Source: Klebsormidium nitens (Eukaryota > Plantae > Klebsormidiophyceae). From it: a DNA stretch of 64,000 bases. The position numbers and the translations under genes are program-made. Below the pieces are notes generated by a model. That model was not told the origin of the DNA, ran no database searches, and was given only the letters and a program-made list of their open reading frames with translations. Each line of letters starts with the position of its first letter. Position 1 is the stretch's first letter. Positions 1 through 13,614 of the stretch are shown here, one piece after another. The stretch lies in NCBI GenBank assembly GCA_000708835.1, contig DF236967.1:62001-126000 (forward strand), in the 5' to 3' direction.

Positions 1-1
1 A

Positions 2-2963
2 TTCGCCCTGAAAGTAAGTGCGGTGCAAACAGTTGAAAAGGGCGGGGAGGGCAGTGCAGGAAAACCGCGACGGACGGTGTGGAAGCGCCCGGGGGAAGAC
101 AAGCAGCAAGGAGTGCGGCGCCCGGGTCCGGTCGGCCGGCCGAGCAAACTTGCAGAGAGGAGGCGCGTCAGTCCGCTGAACCCCCAGCAGCAATCGGCGG
201 TCAACACGCTGCTGAGGAACTTTAGGGCCTGGCCGCTGGATGCGGACTGGGACCAGTTGCTGGCGTCCGCTCGGCTGCCGGCCGAGCATGTCGACGAGGA
301 TGTCCTGCAGAACCTTTTCCGTGTCTTGCCCTGGTACAAGTCGGGCAAGTCTCCCAAATCCAGCCCTGACAATTCGGCGAGTCTTGACAACTCAGCAGGG
401 GAGGCGAAACCTAGCCCTGACAGCTCGGCGAGTCTTGACAACTCGGCGGGGGAGGCGGAAAGCGGGGAAGAAGACGGGGGAGGAAGGAAAGCGCATTCGG
501 CGGGAGACGCTCTGCGCATGCTGAGCCTGTATCGCTGGTGGCAGGGGAAAAACCCCGAGCGCTTCTCGGGGCCCCTTGCGCTCCAGCTGGTGGTGTGCCT
601 CTCGAAAGCGGAGCTTTTGGAAGAGGCTGCGAGCTTCGGGGACTCGCTGAAAGAGAAACTGTCGGAGCACTCCGAGTCCATTGACACGTCGACACTGACG
701 AATCTGTACTACCGGATCGGGGCGTACGAGGACGCCATCCGCGTATACAACGAGGCGCGAGAGACGGAGAAGCCGGTCGAGGCACGGTGCTCGGTCGTGA
801 CGCTCCTCTCGATGGAGGAGCTGGGCTACCCGGGCGAGAAGCTGTTTGCCGTCTTCAAGGCTGAGAAAGACAAGGCTGCGTTTCGCCACAAGAGCCTTAA
901 CGCGATGCTGACAAAGGGAGTCACTTTGGAGGACATCAAAATGTCGCAGGAGGACGGGAAGATTCCAGAGGGCCTGATCAGCCGCCTGATCACCGCTCTG
1001 TGCGAGCTGGGGCGGCGAGACGAGGCGTGCGCGCTCGTGCGTCCGTTCCTGGAACCCGGTGCTCCCCTCTTGACTATTTCCATCCTCGTCAGTGTGATAA
1101 CGTCGCTGGAGAACATGGGGCTGATCGAGGAGGCGCAGCAGCTGATGGACCGCCACGTGGCGGGCGGGGTGGATATGGGGAAGGCGCTGAGCTATAGAAT
1201 GGCCCGGGTGCCGACGAATGCCGCGGCCGCGCTGGTGTACCGGTCGTTGATGCGCTTCGAAGGGTCCCACCGCAACAACTTCCACACGCACGTTCTGGCA
1301 ATCAGCAAGTTTGCGAACCTGCGGGACGCGGATGGGGTCTGGGAGGTACGCGCTGTGGTGTTTCGTCTCGTTGTCGAATGTGCGAATATGGTCGTTGCCT
1401 TGTTTCTCTCCGGTATCCCGAGCACTGAAGTCAGAGTCACCAGACAGTAGGGAACCTGCATCAAAAACTTATTTACACCCGGGGTTGGCAGGTGAGCTAT
1501 CGTTTTGCTCCGTGCTTGACCAAAGGTTCAATCTTACTTCTGGCACAATCTTGTCGACAGGCCTGTGAATACTGCGTATTCAAGAATTGGTCACGGAAAG
1601 TGATGACGTAATATGCCCCGCTCTGCTGTGGCCGATTTTTTGGGCGGATCTGCACGGGTGCTTCATGACCACCGTCTATAGAAGCTCTTCTAACACTGAT
1701 TATGTCTACAGCGAGCTCGAATTGAGGAGAACCACAGACGCAGCCTGCTAACTTTGCAAACGAAATTCTCACCATTGTATGCCTAATCTCAGCCTAACGC
1801 CAGAATCAAGATTCCAGTTAGTAACCCCGTCGAGTTTATGAAGGAGCTTAATGGGAATGGATTACCTAGCCACCTGAGAGGGGTGACATTCTCTACGGGG
1901 TTTGTGTCCGTACGGATGCAAAGCGCATAGGTTCTCTTTCTGCATTTATACTCAAAAGTCTTGTCGTTACCCTTCGTTGGATTCCCCTTCGTCGAACTGA
2001 GTTTACACTCCCAATACCACGAACCGCTCAAACCTCCGCAGGCGTACGAGGCGGCCAAGGAGGCTCGCGCGAGCAAGGAGAACCAGAGACCCGCTGCGAT
2101 CTTTTTGAGCGTCTACGTTGACGTCATTCGGACGTTGGCGACCGCGGGGCGCGAGTTTGCAGCAGAGCAGGTGCTGGCGGACTGTCTGCGCGCGCACCAT
2201 CAACAAATGTCGCCCAAAGACGTGACGCAGCTGCAAGCGGCATACGTCAGGTACGTTTCTGCAGAACTCACTCTTGGGTACGCATCGAGTGTTGTGTTTG
2301 TTTTCTTGGATTGTAGGGTTAGGCGCAGGGGCTGCTTTTTCGACACCGCTTGTTGCCAGAATGTAATGAGAATTGTCTTGATGGTATGGAGACGCTTGGC
2401 TGACAGCGGATGTTTACACGATTTGAACGGTCTGGCAGGCGTGCCAATGGAAGGATTCCCTTGCTGTTGAGCATTTGCTGCTTTGGAACCTGTGCAAATA
2501 TGTTGTGAAACACATACTTTACGTTAATCATTTTTATAGAGTGTCTTTTTCGCTGCTGACCGCTTTTGCAGTGAGGCGGTTCGCAAATGTTGACCCGTTT
2601 CGTCAGCTCAATCCGTCATAGAGTCACTCAAATCAGGCAGGCGGCAAATCCAGCAAAACGTCCTTCGCCCGTGTGTTCACATTCCTCTACTCTTCTTTTA
2701 CCCTTTCCAGCCTGGTTAGGATGTACCTCGCGCAACATAACCCCCAGAAAGTGGTGGACCTGGTGCGGTTAATGGTGTTAACCCAGCACTGGGTTAGCCG
2801 GCCGGCCCTGAAAAAGTGGGCGGAGTCGCTGAGGGAGCAAGGGGCGGATGCGGAAGCGGAGCAACTAGAGGTGGAGGGGCTTCAGATGGACGAATATCGG
2901 CCGCAGGCCAAGGGGGTGTGGGTGAAGAAAGCGGCGGGAGCAGTTGCGCAAGGGAGCAGCTGA
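2..2963 (+). CDS. Pentatricopeptide-repeat (PPR)-like helical repeat protein, 5' partial. Exons <2..1345, 2042..2250, 2711..2963
   Basis: Frame is open from position 2 with no ATG, so the start lies upstream of the window. GT/AG junctions are phase-compatible (GAG|GTACG 1345; CAG|GCG 2042; AG|GTACG 2250; CAG|C 2711). ~35-aa helical units such as LTNLYYRIGAYEDAIRVYNEARE, ISRLITALCELGRRDEACALV and VITSLENMGLIEEAQQLMDR resemble PPR motifs. Confidence 0.7.
362..457 (+). repeat. 51-bp tandem duplication inside the PPR CDS (SPDNSASLDNSAGEAKP / SPDSSASLDNSAGEAES)
   Basis: Copies start at 362 and 413; near-identical DNA and in frame. Confidence 0.9.
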
Positions 2964-3580
2964 TAAGCGCCGGAGAGCTTCGGAAGTGACCAGAGGGTGA
3001 GGACGCGTATCGTTTGCGGAATGGAAGGTGTGTTGGTGTGAATACCTGGGATGAGTAGTTCTGGCTGGGTCTATGTTTATGGCGGGGACGATCTGTAAGC
3101 ACTTGTCAGAACAGCTCATTTGGTGTCTCTTCGCCTTCCGTCGACTGTATCGGAGCTTGTCTTGATTGAGCTAGTGTGCCTGAAGCGATGGATAACGCCC
3201 TCTGAGTCGCGGGGGGGCTAGAAGCAGGTCTTTTGAATTGGGAATACAGTGGGCTTCCAGTTGCTGCAAGCGGTCATAATAAACCCCGTTCATTTTGTGT
3301 TCGCAGGACAGACAGTCTAGGCGCGCGCCACAAACCCCTCCAAAAAGCACCCGTGAGAAAGCACAAGTGAGAGAAGATCAGCGGTTCTTCTTGAACTGTG
3401 CTGGGTTTGGATGGACAGGATAGAGCATGTTGCTCGTGTAGCGCCTATTTGGATGGAGGCCAATTTCCTCCAGCGTCAGGGCTACATTCATCTAAACTTA
3501 TTGAAGGTTGCACTTGTTTTGACGATGGACGGAACCACTACTTCGAAATCTGCCGCGAATCCCACGATGACGTTCTTGAA

Positions 3581-3610
3581 GCTTGACCTTGCTTGACCTT
3601 GCTTGACCTC
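3581..3610 (+). repeat. 10-bp tandem repeat, GCTTGACCTT x2 plus GCTTGACCTC
   Basis: Directly visible in the intergenic sequence. Confidence 0.9.
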
Positions 3611-5708
3611 AAGCGAGCATGACAATTTTGTGATAAGTGGCCACTAAGATGAGATGGCAGCTCGAATGTTGTATTGCGCCTCAACCATCCACGTGACTCG
3701 CCCCATGAGGGTTGAAGTGCGCGGACCGAAATGTTGCATAAGCATGAACGCGGGATCCCTGTGTAAACCGCGAACTGCTTCGCCAGCGTCGTTGTTGATA
3801 GTTGAAGGTCGATCCAGTGAAAAAGGAGCAGCAATTATTTTGATTGCTTTTCTATATCCTTCGCTAGCCTAGTAGACCCCCTAGCCAATACGTTGGGCAT
3901 CCGATCAGGCATGTACGTGGCATCGATATAATGGCGATCTCCAGCTTAGTAGCAGGCTTTTCTCTCGCGGCCAAAAAAGATGGAAGTGACTGGGAGTGAT
4001 AATAAAAAAGAAGAAGTGAGTGTGAAAGAAAGGAAAGCCTTGAATCTTTGTCTCCCGCATACAAAAAAAAAGCTTTTCGAAAGTACCCCCGCTAGGCTGA
4101 AAATTTGAATTTTGCTCAGCACAGCCTAATGGAAATCAGGGCTGAGGTCGGAGATCATGCTTGGCTGCTACTGTTTACCTGAAGTTGCATTGCTTTTTTG
4201 GGAGCCAACATATGATTAATGTATACTGGGAAGGCTGATAAGAGCAAGCCTGCCTCGCCATATGTCTTAACCCAAGGAATTTGTGATGACATAGCAGGAT
4301 CACCTATATAGCTGCATTGCCCTGCAACTTGCTTATAGCTGTTCACAAAGAGCGTCGATGATGCGCCGCTATGAAATTCTGCACTGATAGTGCGCAGTTC
4401 GGTTTCAACGTACCGTACCGGCCACAGCTATCGATCGTTCGTGCAAGAACTATATCCGACATCTATACTAGGATCCTAAGCCAGCTGTAAGTTGTCGATT
4501 GGTTCGGCCAGATTTTGTACTCTACAGTCTTCGCGATCTTCGGTGATTAGTTCTCGATCATAGGGCCATGACGGAATTAGGGACCTTGAGTGCACATATG
4601 CATCGAATCATGTGAGGAGTTTTTACTGGTGCTCGCGAAGCTGTGTATAGATATCCGTATCTAGACATTTAGCCAAGATGTAGGACTTTGGGCAGAAGAC
4701 TAGCCTAAGTGAGAACTTATCATGAAGATTCTGCATGATAGGTGTATCTCGTCAGCTTAGGTTGTGCAGCCATTTAACGCTACGAACACATAAGTCAGGA
4801 TTGCCTCTCATTCGGTAGGTAATCGAAATACTTCGTGCTCGAAAACCTTGTAAATGCCGTACCGGTAAAACGGTCGGTCGCGAAATGAAACCATCATGTG
4901 AGGATTCAAAAAAAGCGGCACCTTCATGCATGCGCCTGCAGTGACCCGGCCTCGTCCATCTATGCGCGTGTCCGATTGTCCATCACTTAACGAGTCCGTC
5001 AGAAATTGCAGCTGAAGCCTGAGAGTTGATCAATATTTTTGATTGGCCGCGGTCATTGGGTGTGTCCGTTATAAACAACCAATTTTTCAGCCCCCCGCAT
5101 GGCTCGCTGTGCATGCGATTAGTCCTCAATCCTCGTGCAATGTAAGTCTGCGCAACATGCAGGCTTCCGACCTCTTGAACCACAATAGATATAAGAACCA
5201 GCCTCGAATCCAACCAGTCAGATTTTTGTGTTGAAGTTTGCATGTCTGCATTGATGGTGCCATTCTTTGCGGTATCTCGAGCGCAATCATCGCCCGGTGC
5301 AGCAGTAGGTGCCATCACCGTGAACACAAAAACCGTCAATCTGAAGTTGATTCGAAGTTTACCAATGGAAAGACGGTGATTAGTTAGTCCTGCCTAATGT
5401 GCGCTCACAACTCTCTTACAAGATCGTTGAATAGTTCACCTCCGCATGAGGTCTGACTCCGGGAATGTCCGCGAATTATGAAGTCGGTGGTGGTGCTACG
5501 ATTTACCTGATGTACCTTGGTTGAAGTTCTATGTACGTTTGGTGATAATGATTAAATGATCTAACGCGTGCAGAGATACAAATTCAAACCCTTTTCACAT
5601 TACCTGATTCAGACCTTACAAAACCAACCATGGGCAATTTCCCAAACCTCCTTTCTACATGCCCATTTGGCACATCCTTCTATGTCACAAGGCGCCCCCC
5701 CCCCTTCT

Positions 5709-8700
5709 CTATAGGTTCCTTTCCTTGGGCTCCAAGTACTTGACCCGCAAAGTCCGGAAGATGTCCCTCTCGGTGTAGCACGGCACCGACTCCGAGCCCC
5801 TGCTGACCTGCAGTTGTACAAAAACCGACGGGCTTTGTAAATACAGGTCCATTGGGCCACCTGAATTGCAAGCGATGCTGCTTCCTTGCAAAGCGTTTGG
5901 CAGCATCTGACCCAGCAAAGAATCCAAAAGCTCCTGCTCCTTCAGACAAGATGGAAACGAAGAAAGTAAGTTGTCAGGCTCCAAATCAGGCTCCAAAGCC
6001 CGGCCCGCTGACCACGCGTTTCTGTTCCATTCTTGAGCCGGGAAGAAACGAGGACGGCAAAAAAGGGTTTGTACACTTGTACGCGACGTTCGAATGCCAC
6101 GTGGCGCAACCAGACTCCCCGGGCTCTCACCCGCTCCCCCCGGTCGTAGACGGCCGAGTACAGCCCGTGGTCGGTGAGACTGTGCCCCCCGTTTGACGCA
6201 ATGATCTTCATCCTACACGCAAAAATAGAAAAGAATCAAAAAAGGTGGCGCGGAGCAGGTTTGAACTCACGTTGTGCACGCTATCACCTTCGCGGTAGAT
6301 TGCCGGGTACATCCCGTGGTCGTTCAGGTGCAACTGCTGCGCGCTCGCGATCAGGCGCAGCCTGCAGGCAACGGCAAGCGCGCGCGCTCTCTCATGACAC
6401 AATAAACCTTTGATTTAAGGGTTCTCGGTCGTCTAACCTTTCAAACGGCCTGGATCAGATCATTCTTTCTGGCTGCATCCAGGTGCTTGATCTGGGCACC
6501 AGATTCAACGGCGCAAGTGACAAGTCTCATCCGCTTCCATGGCTTTGTGGATCGAGAATGAGTGACAATCTTAAGGCGGCAATTGGGCACAATGCCCGCT
6601 CATCTCGCTTCTTGCTACATGCTCGCCGAATCCTACACATTCAAAACGAACGCTTTCTTTCTTGGATAGGAAAGAGGAGCACACAAGAACGCAGTGGGTA
6701 GTCTATCCAATCACAAAAGAAGGCAGCCTTTCCGAGATTGTGCCTTAAGCGCCGCACCTCCTGTTGAGGACGTCGTTCCCCGTCCACGCCAGCAGGCCGA
6801 ACGCGTGCTGATCCCGAGGGTACACCTGCATACGTCATCCCCGCGTTACAACCTCGCACACAGAGCCCCACGTATGTTTCGTCCGCATGGAAAGATCCGA
6901 GAAACTCAAGCGACTCCAAAGCTGGACCTGGGACGCTTAACGAGTCCACGGGTCCCTTCTGCTTTGAAGGGACTGCCGTGCATGGAATGAGCCGACTCTT
7001 GGCTGGCGGATCCGCTCGAAAGTCGTTAATTCGATTATGGATGCAGGCAACAGCAAGCATGTACAACTAGGAGCGGGAACACCTTCGAGCGCACCTTGAA
7101 GTCGATCCGGTGGCGGAGCTCCCTGCCGGGGTATTTACACAAGCCGAAGTAGGTGTCCACGCCGTGGTCGCTGTCATCCGCGCTGTGACTGGGCCCCACC
7201 AGCAGGTCCTCCGTCACGAAGTCAATCTCCTTCAATCTCGCCACCAGCTTGGGAAGGAGACCTTTGTGGCTGCAACATAGTGGAGCAGAAAAAGTGAAAA
7301 GCCAAGCACTTGAGCACAGATCGGAAGAGGCGAATGCTTCTTGCGGACGTGTCGGCCGTCTGGACCCGTTTTTGCTTGCAATCGTACCAAGGTTTTCTGC
7401 AATCATATTGCAATTTCAATGTTGGTTCGAAAATTGGCAGAGGAAAAACCGATAGTCACGAATCGAGCGCGGCGGTCCAACAACAGTGGGAAGTAGGCCA
7501 GATTCCATGCGATTGGCCGTTCCTAAAGTCGACCTCCGAGAGCTCGATTGCGCTCCTAGCTGCGGGTTCGAAGGGGCGGACTTGCTGGAAATCTGATAAA
7601 AGAAATTTGCCTGGGAGGCGCAGGTGGGAAGCTAGCGTAGCTTTGGCTGGGGGCGGGAATGGACGGATGCCTATGCAGCAATACGGTTTACACGACCTCC
7701 TTAGGCTTTCCATCATGATGCAGGAGGCGTCGAGAACATGTGCTGGCAGAAAAGTGCTGTGTCACAACGTGACGTCAAACCGCGTCATCGAAGCGTTCTC
7801 ACTGCGCATCAAAAATTACTCCGAAATCGAATGAGAACACGTTCCACGATGGCAAACTCTGGAAACCACTCACGGAAACACTCTCTGTCGAAAGGCCACG
7901 CTAGAGGACTGCTACTAACAGCCAATCAACATCAAACAAGTCATCGCTGAAGCTCTTTGCCGCATCCGAGTTAGGGGGGCCATGCGCGCACACCTGTGGC
8001 CGTCGGGGTGTGTTAGGACCATGTCCATATCGCCGCACGTGGCTTTTCCCCGCCGGTACGAACCGCCGCATAGCACTTCGATCCCCGGGCACAGTTCGGT
8101 CGCCACGCGCTGTACGAGCGCCTCCATCTCTGCCGCCTGTGGAGAAGAGGAAGTAGGTTGGGGGAACTGTTGAATCGGGGCTGCTCGAAGAGCCGTGCGA
8201 GGAGAGGATGGGTTCTGTCAGAAAGCTGGGGAGCTCATGCAGAGCAGGCAAGGAGGCCTAGTGCGAAAGAAAAGATGCTGACGCTGCAACAAGTGTTGAG
8301 AGCTGGAAAGAACAGAGGGCACGAGTGGTTCTGTTGGAGCTGGTTGTGTCGGGGAATAGGGGCAGTATGCATCCTACCAATTGGCAGGTTGATCCGGAAA
8401 CAGGTATAAGTGGACCGCATCATGCTGCCCCGCTCCTTTTGTATGCTTCTGGCGACTACAACTCAGTCTCACCGCTCAGAACGCACCAAGAGACCTTTGC
8501 GACAATCCTGTATACCTCGTAATTGAATTCTAAAGCCACGGACCGGGGGAGAATTCCAGTCAATCTCACCTCATGGCGGGGGATCCGCTGCTGGATGTCG
8601 TAGAAGAACTTGACCCCCGTCCGCTGCGCCTGGGTCAGGCTGGGCTCCTTCTCGAGCTCCTCAAGTTTTCGGTACCCCATGTCGTATAGCTTACGGGCCG

Positions 8701-11700
8701 TCACGGGGCCGATGCCCCACACGCTGCCGAACTCAAAGAGCGCGCGCACCATGGGGTCGTTTTTGAGGGCCAACAAACGGGGGGTCGTTCCGGTGCCCAA
8801 AATATCCCTCACCTGGGGGTGGGACGAGAAAGAGAAACGTTGAGCAGGTGTTGATGATCAGGGGTTAATTCGCAATCCTACGAGTTGGGTGTGATATTGC
8901 AACAGCTCGTTGGGGGTTCAAGCCAGCGAACACAAAGGAAAAGCCAAAGAAAAGCACAGCCGAAGCGGGTGCCTGTTTTGGAAGTACGAAGCACCCTCTT
9001 CCCGAGACGAAGGTGTGGTTAAGAACGTTGCGAAAGGTTGGAAGGCAGCAAAGCCACTGCATCTCTCTAACAACGTGTTTGCAAGGTAGTCTTCTGGCTT
9101 CGGTTGGCGAGAAAAAGACACTCAGGATCTGACTGGCCGTATGTTCTTAGAAGAGGGTCAAACATGTCGGAACAGAATCTTCCGGCTTTGATTTGTATAA
9201 AAGGTGCCCACAACCTGGAAAACGTTATTTGCTAAACGAGAGTCAAATGGACGCCTCACCACGTCCAGAAGGCTCCTCCCGATGGAAGGCAGCCCCTTGA
9301 GCTGCTCTGCGCTGGTGACCTTGAACGACAGGTTCTCGACCACCGAAATGGCCTTGTAGTAGCTGAAGGACCGCCGATCATCCCCGAACGCTGCACAATC
9401 GGAACTGAGCCCTTTGAGCACCAAGAAGTTTCCAAGAAACATTGCTGTCACCCTTCGCTTCGAAAATTGCACTTTGGTCGACCTTGCCAGCCAACCAAAG
9501 CTTGTGAGTGAACATGAGTTGGGACCATATCCTGCACAGTAACTGAAACGAGTGTCCTTCTTCATCCTTCATTCTACAACCCACGGAACTCGGAGTCAAA
9601 AATCCTAAATGTGAAAAAACTCAGAAGTCGCATCATCCAAATCGGGCTGTTAGGCGTTTTCAACAATGAAACAACCGAGGGTGCCATCTGGCCATATACG
9701 AGACTGCAAGGTGGGTGAAGGTGACACTTCACCAAATTCAACCCGGTTGAGTCTACTCTCCTCCAGACTGGTGGCAAGGACGAGGTAAAACACGGTAAAA
9801 TGTAACCCTCGACCTGCCCCTAACCAGCCTTCTCTTGCTCAAAGTCGATAGCCTCATCTTGGACACCCGCTTTCTTTTGCAATTCTCCTATCGACCTCAT
9901 GTTCGTACGTCACTCACCATCCCGGTAGATGTCCTTCAGCTCCCCCAGCACCTTCAGTAACCCCCGGTTAAGCTCCGGGTTCGCCATCCCCGCAGGCGTC
10001 TGGTTCTCCCGCAGATCCAGAAAGCCTTCCTCATTAACTTCGACCAACGCCCTTTCTAACCCTCCCTGGGGCTTCCCGCTGTCAGCCCCCTCAATTCTTG
10101 CCCGTTTTGCCGCTCGGAGCAGAATTTCGTGATCTTCATCTGAACCCCCCCCGCTATGGGTGGGCTGCTCGGTTGCATTCCCCCTCGGAGGTTCGATCCG
10201 CATGACTTCCCGACCGATCGCCTCAGCAGTCGACCCCAAGGGCCGGATCCCCATGGCTTCTTTCTCCTTGGTGACGTCGTTCCTGACCTCCCCCCACTTC
10301 TCTAGTTGTTTGTCCCCCCCCCCTGGTCTCCAGTCCCCTTGTAACCCGAACCCCTGCCCCCCTTCCCCCTCTCTTCTTTCCGAACTTTCCCCGCCTTCGT
10401 CTTCGGCCCCGACCAGAGCGACTGCCCCACTCTGTTCATTGTCCTCTCGCACCTCTGCCGCTAAGTCTTCTGCCCTCTCATGCGCCTCACGCAAACGCTT
10501 CTGCGCAGAGGTGGCGGGTGTTTTCGGAGCAGGGGGTTGCGCGCTAGCCGTGGGCGACTCTAGCAGATTGCCCCCCCGGCTCTGAGCGGTGTCCGGCGAT
10601 GCCGAGCGGCTGCGAGCTGGGGAACGGCCAGCGGAGCCGGACCGGCTCGAGGAGAAGACGCGGTATGCGTTGGGGGGCAGAAGCTTCCCTTGAGCGAGGC
10701 TCTCCTCCAGCCAACCGAACGATACAAGGAACTGTGGGGAATTAAATGGGAGGTGTCAGAGGATCTGGTAATTCAGGAAGATGAAACGGGAGGTAAATGC
10801 AGGTGCATTTATCCACAGCCAACGACCACGAGTTCAGTTTACACCCTGCTTGGTCAACGAAAGCTTGTGTAGCACAACTTCAAAACGTCCCTGCCAGGGG
10901 CACCCACAACTGTTCCGCTCAAGTCCCCAATCAAAGTTCCATGACCGGTATTTTCGTCAATGACACTTCGGGGCCCACAATTCATGCTTGAAAGAACGCC
11001 ACAACATGTGACAAGCCGGGGACTTCTCACCAGCGGCGACTCCTCCACCTGCTCCCTGCCATACTGTTTGATCAACCGCTCCGCATCAGCCGCCAGTATG
11101 TGCGTCGCCTCCCTTGGAATGCGCTTGCCCGGGTCCAGCACCTGGCCCCCCAGGCCGATCAGCCGCTTCTTCCATATCTGGGATGCAGAGAAAAGTAGGT
11201 GGAAAAGTTCTGCAATAAAGTGGGCTGCAGGAGGAACGAACATTGGTGGGGGGAAGGGATAGTGGCGGTGATACGGCAAAGTACGGCCCGAAGTACCCCC
11301 CCCCCAGGGGGCCAGCCGCCACCTTGCACAATACGAGCTACTTTGCTCAGTGACCAGTACTGCTTGCTGTCACCATGTCTTCAAGCTAAGGTATACAGGC
11401 ACGTTACCGGGCTCGGTTTACCTGGCTCCTCCTTGTGCATGCCAGTGAGGCTTTGGGTTTACCATACCTCATGGGGGCAAACTGGCCATCATAAGAGACT
11501 CACTGAAAAGACCGTAAAAACCAACATGCTGCAGCTCCAAAGGTTCCGTTCCTTTTTACCAGCGATGTTGAAAGGAGTATTGACCAAAGTGCGGCTCCAC
11601 AGGGAGGTTCAGAATCTTGTATCTGGCTGTATTGGGTAAAAGAAGAGGGCAACACACTGCATGGGGCTCTCTGCTTATAACGAGCCTGGCGATCTGCGCA

Positions 11701-12063
11701 GAATAGAAAGACTGGTGCATGCAATGCCGCACTGCGCCAGCTGTCAAGCCCCAACGAGCTGCATCAGACCCCATGATTATGCCTGCAAACAGCTCAAAGT
11801 GCCAGAGCGCTGGCCACGAGACGGCCGCAGCATGCGTCCACGGGTGGCCCCACAATGTCGGACTGCAATCTGGTTTCAGCAGGATGAAAATGGTTCATTC
11901 AGCAAGTAAGGTCGGCTTTCGACACAGCTGGCTTTGTGCCCACCTCAATTCTTTTGCCGAGGATGCCTCCCTCGACGAAGACCGCTCGGACGCCCTCAAA
12001 CATGCCATGCCCTGCAGGGGCAGTGAGGGCCTTTGCGGGGCTACCCTGTGCCTTTCGCACCAT
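5709..12063 (-). CDS. POLL: DNA polymerase lambda (X family; BRCT, 8-kDa lyase and polymerase domains), ~676 aa. Exons 11944..12063, 11031..11177, 9918..10731, 9260..9390, 8570..8812, 7994..8136, 7095..7269, 6758..6825, 6271..6361, 5709..5807
   Basis: N-terminal BRCT (MFEGVRAVFVEGG...IWKKRL...GWLEESL); HhH motif VWGIGPVTARKLY; GGSYRRGKATCGDMDMVLTHPDG with two catalytic Asp; RHRIDFKV; AWTGNDVLNRRLR; C-terminus KYLEPKERNL*. All ten exons join in phase with GT-AG introns. Confidence 0.95.
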
Positions 12064-13614
12064 CCTTCAATGTGAAAGAGGACCGCCATACAGTTTTGCG
12101 AGGCTTTTCAGCCGCCAGGAGCTGCCTAAGTTTTGAGCTGGATGACGTGCAATGCCAGCGTACTGACTTTCCAAGAAAAGCCCGTGTCTGCGTCATGCAT
12201 GGTCTTCGTCTCGCGCGGGTCGGCAGTGGCTAATACTGGTATATCGACGATAGCGAGGGCTTGTAGACCTTTATCGACGGACTGGTCAGACTGGAGAGAA
12301 GCGGCGATAACCGGCTAGCTTAGTTATGCGACCTGTTGGAACTTGGCTTGCCCGTGTTATTGGTTTCAGGCGTACCATGATGTTCTCATATTCGATGAGT
12401 CATAGTTGATTCAGAAGGTGCATTATAGGGTCGGACATCATACACACTCAATATTTATGCCATGAGAACCCTATCGCCTATGTGGCTACGCGTGTAAAGA
12501 GAACATCATGCTGGGTCAATCCCTGCGCCGCCCTGTCTTCAAGTTCGTGTTTGGGCAGCCATCGCTTGGTTAATTATAAGATCCTCAGTCTTTACCTTTC
12601 TGAGGCGTAAGCTCATTCCGTCACAATATTCTAAAGACCGCCAGAATGCTGAGGATCATTCGTCGCGCTTCCAAATGTGTATAGAGATTTCTATGTATAT
12701 GTCTATGACGATGTCGATGTGACAAAGAATGAAGATTGCATACTTGATTACAATGTCAAAAGTCCAAGTTGCCTCCCGGGCAATGGCAGTAGTCAACCAT
12801 GTAACCGTATACTTCGTTCCATGCGGACACCCTTGGACATACCTCTTGTCCACCTAATGTTTAAGGGCGTGCAACAGCATAAGCTTCGACAATTTGCCTT
12901 CCGCTTTGTCATGTCGCCAGCTTCCTTCACGATTTGTCTCTTGCGACTTCCACCTGTCAAGCAAAGAACTTTGTATGTCACCAAAGGCAAGACCCTTCAG
13001 CTGGCCCAACTCATTTACGAAGCCCTTCAAATCCCGCCGAGAACCTCTCTCCAGATAAAGCAAGCGTCTCGAAAAAGGCCGGCAGGAATGGGCGACGTGA
13101 ATTCCCAACTCTTGACGACGTGCGGCCAGAGACGCTCAACAAGATGCCGAACGATGAGCAAAAGCGAAAACGCAAATCATTGACACAAAGCTCGGCATCT
13201 GCTCACCGATTCCGACGACGAAATCGTGATTGTCTCCGTCATTCCGCGGCCAAAACTTTTCCGTCGCCCTAGTTGTCGTCAGTAGGCCCAGTTCCCGACC
13301 TGCTAACGTGAAGGTTCAACCACAGCCACCTGGCCGCTCGTCTTCCTTTTCTCTCCGCACCTGATGAAGCGAGTCGACTCTGACGTTGTAACTCCCAAGC
13401 GGGGCTTTGCCGAGTCGCTCTTGCACGAACCTCTCAGTTGGCAACCGCTCCGTGGCCTCCAGGATGACTCGTGATGCATGCCCTCTTTGGACGAGCAAAG
13501 CCACTACTCCACGCGACTCCCTCTGGTACGACTGGCCTCCACGCTCTCAGAAACGGCGCTTCAGCCGTTGTGCGGGACTCCCGGAATGCCGTCATTACTC
13601 TTGCCACGTGTCCT

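Noticed and set aside
392-1291. 299-aa antisense ORF opposite the PPR exon
   Set aside because: Shadow ORF of GC-rich coding sequence; Arg/His/Leu-rich with no recognisable domain.
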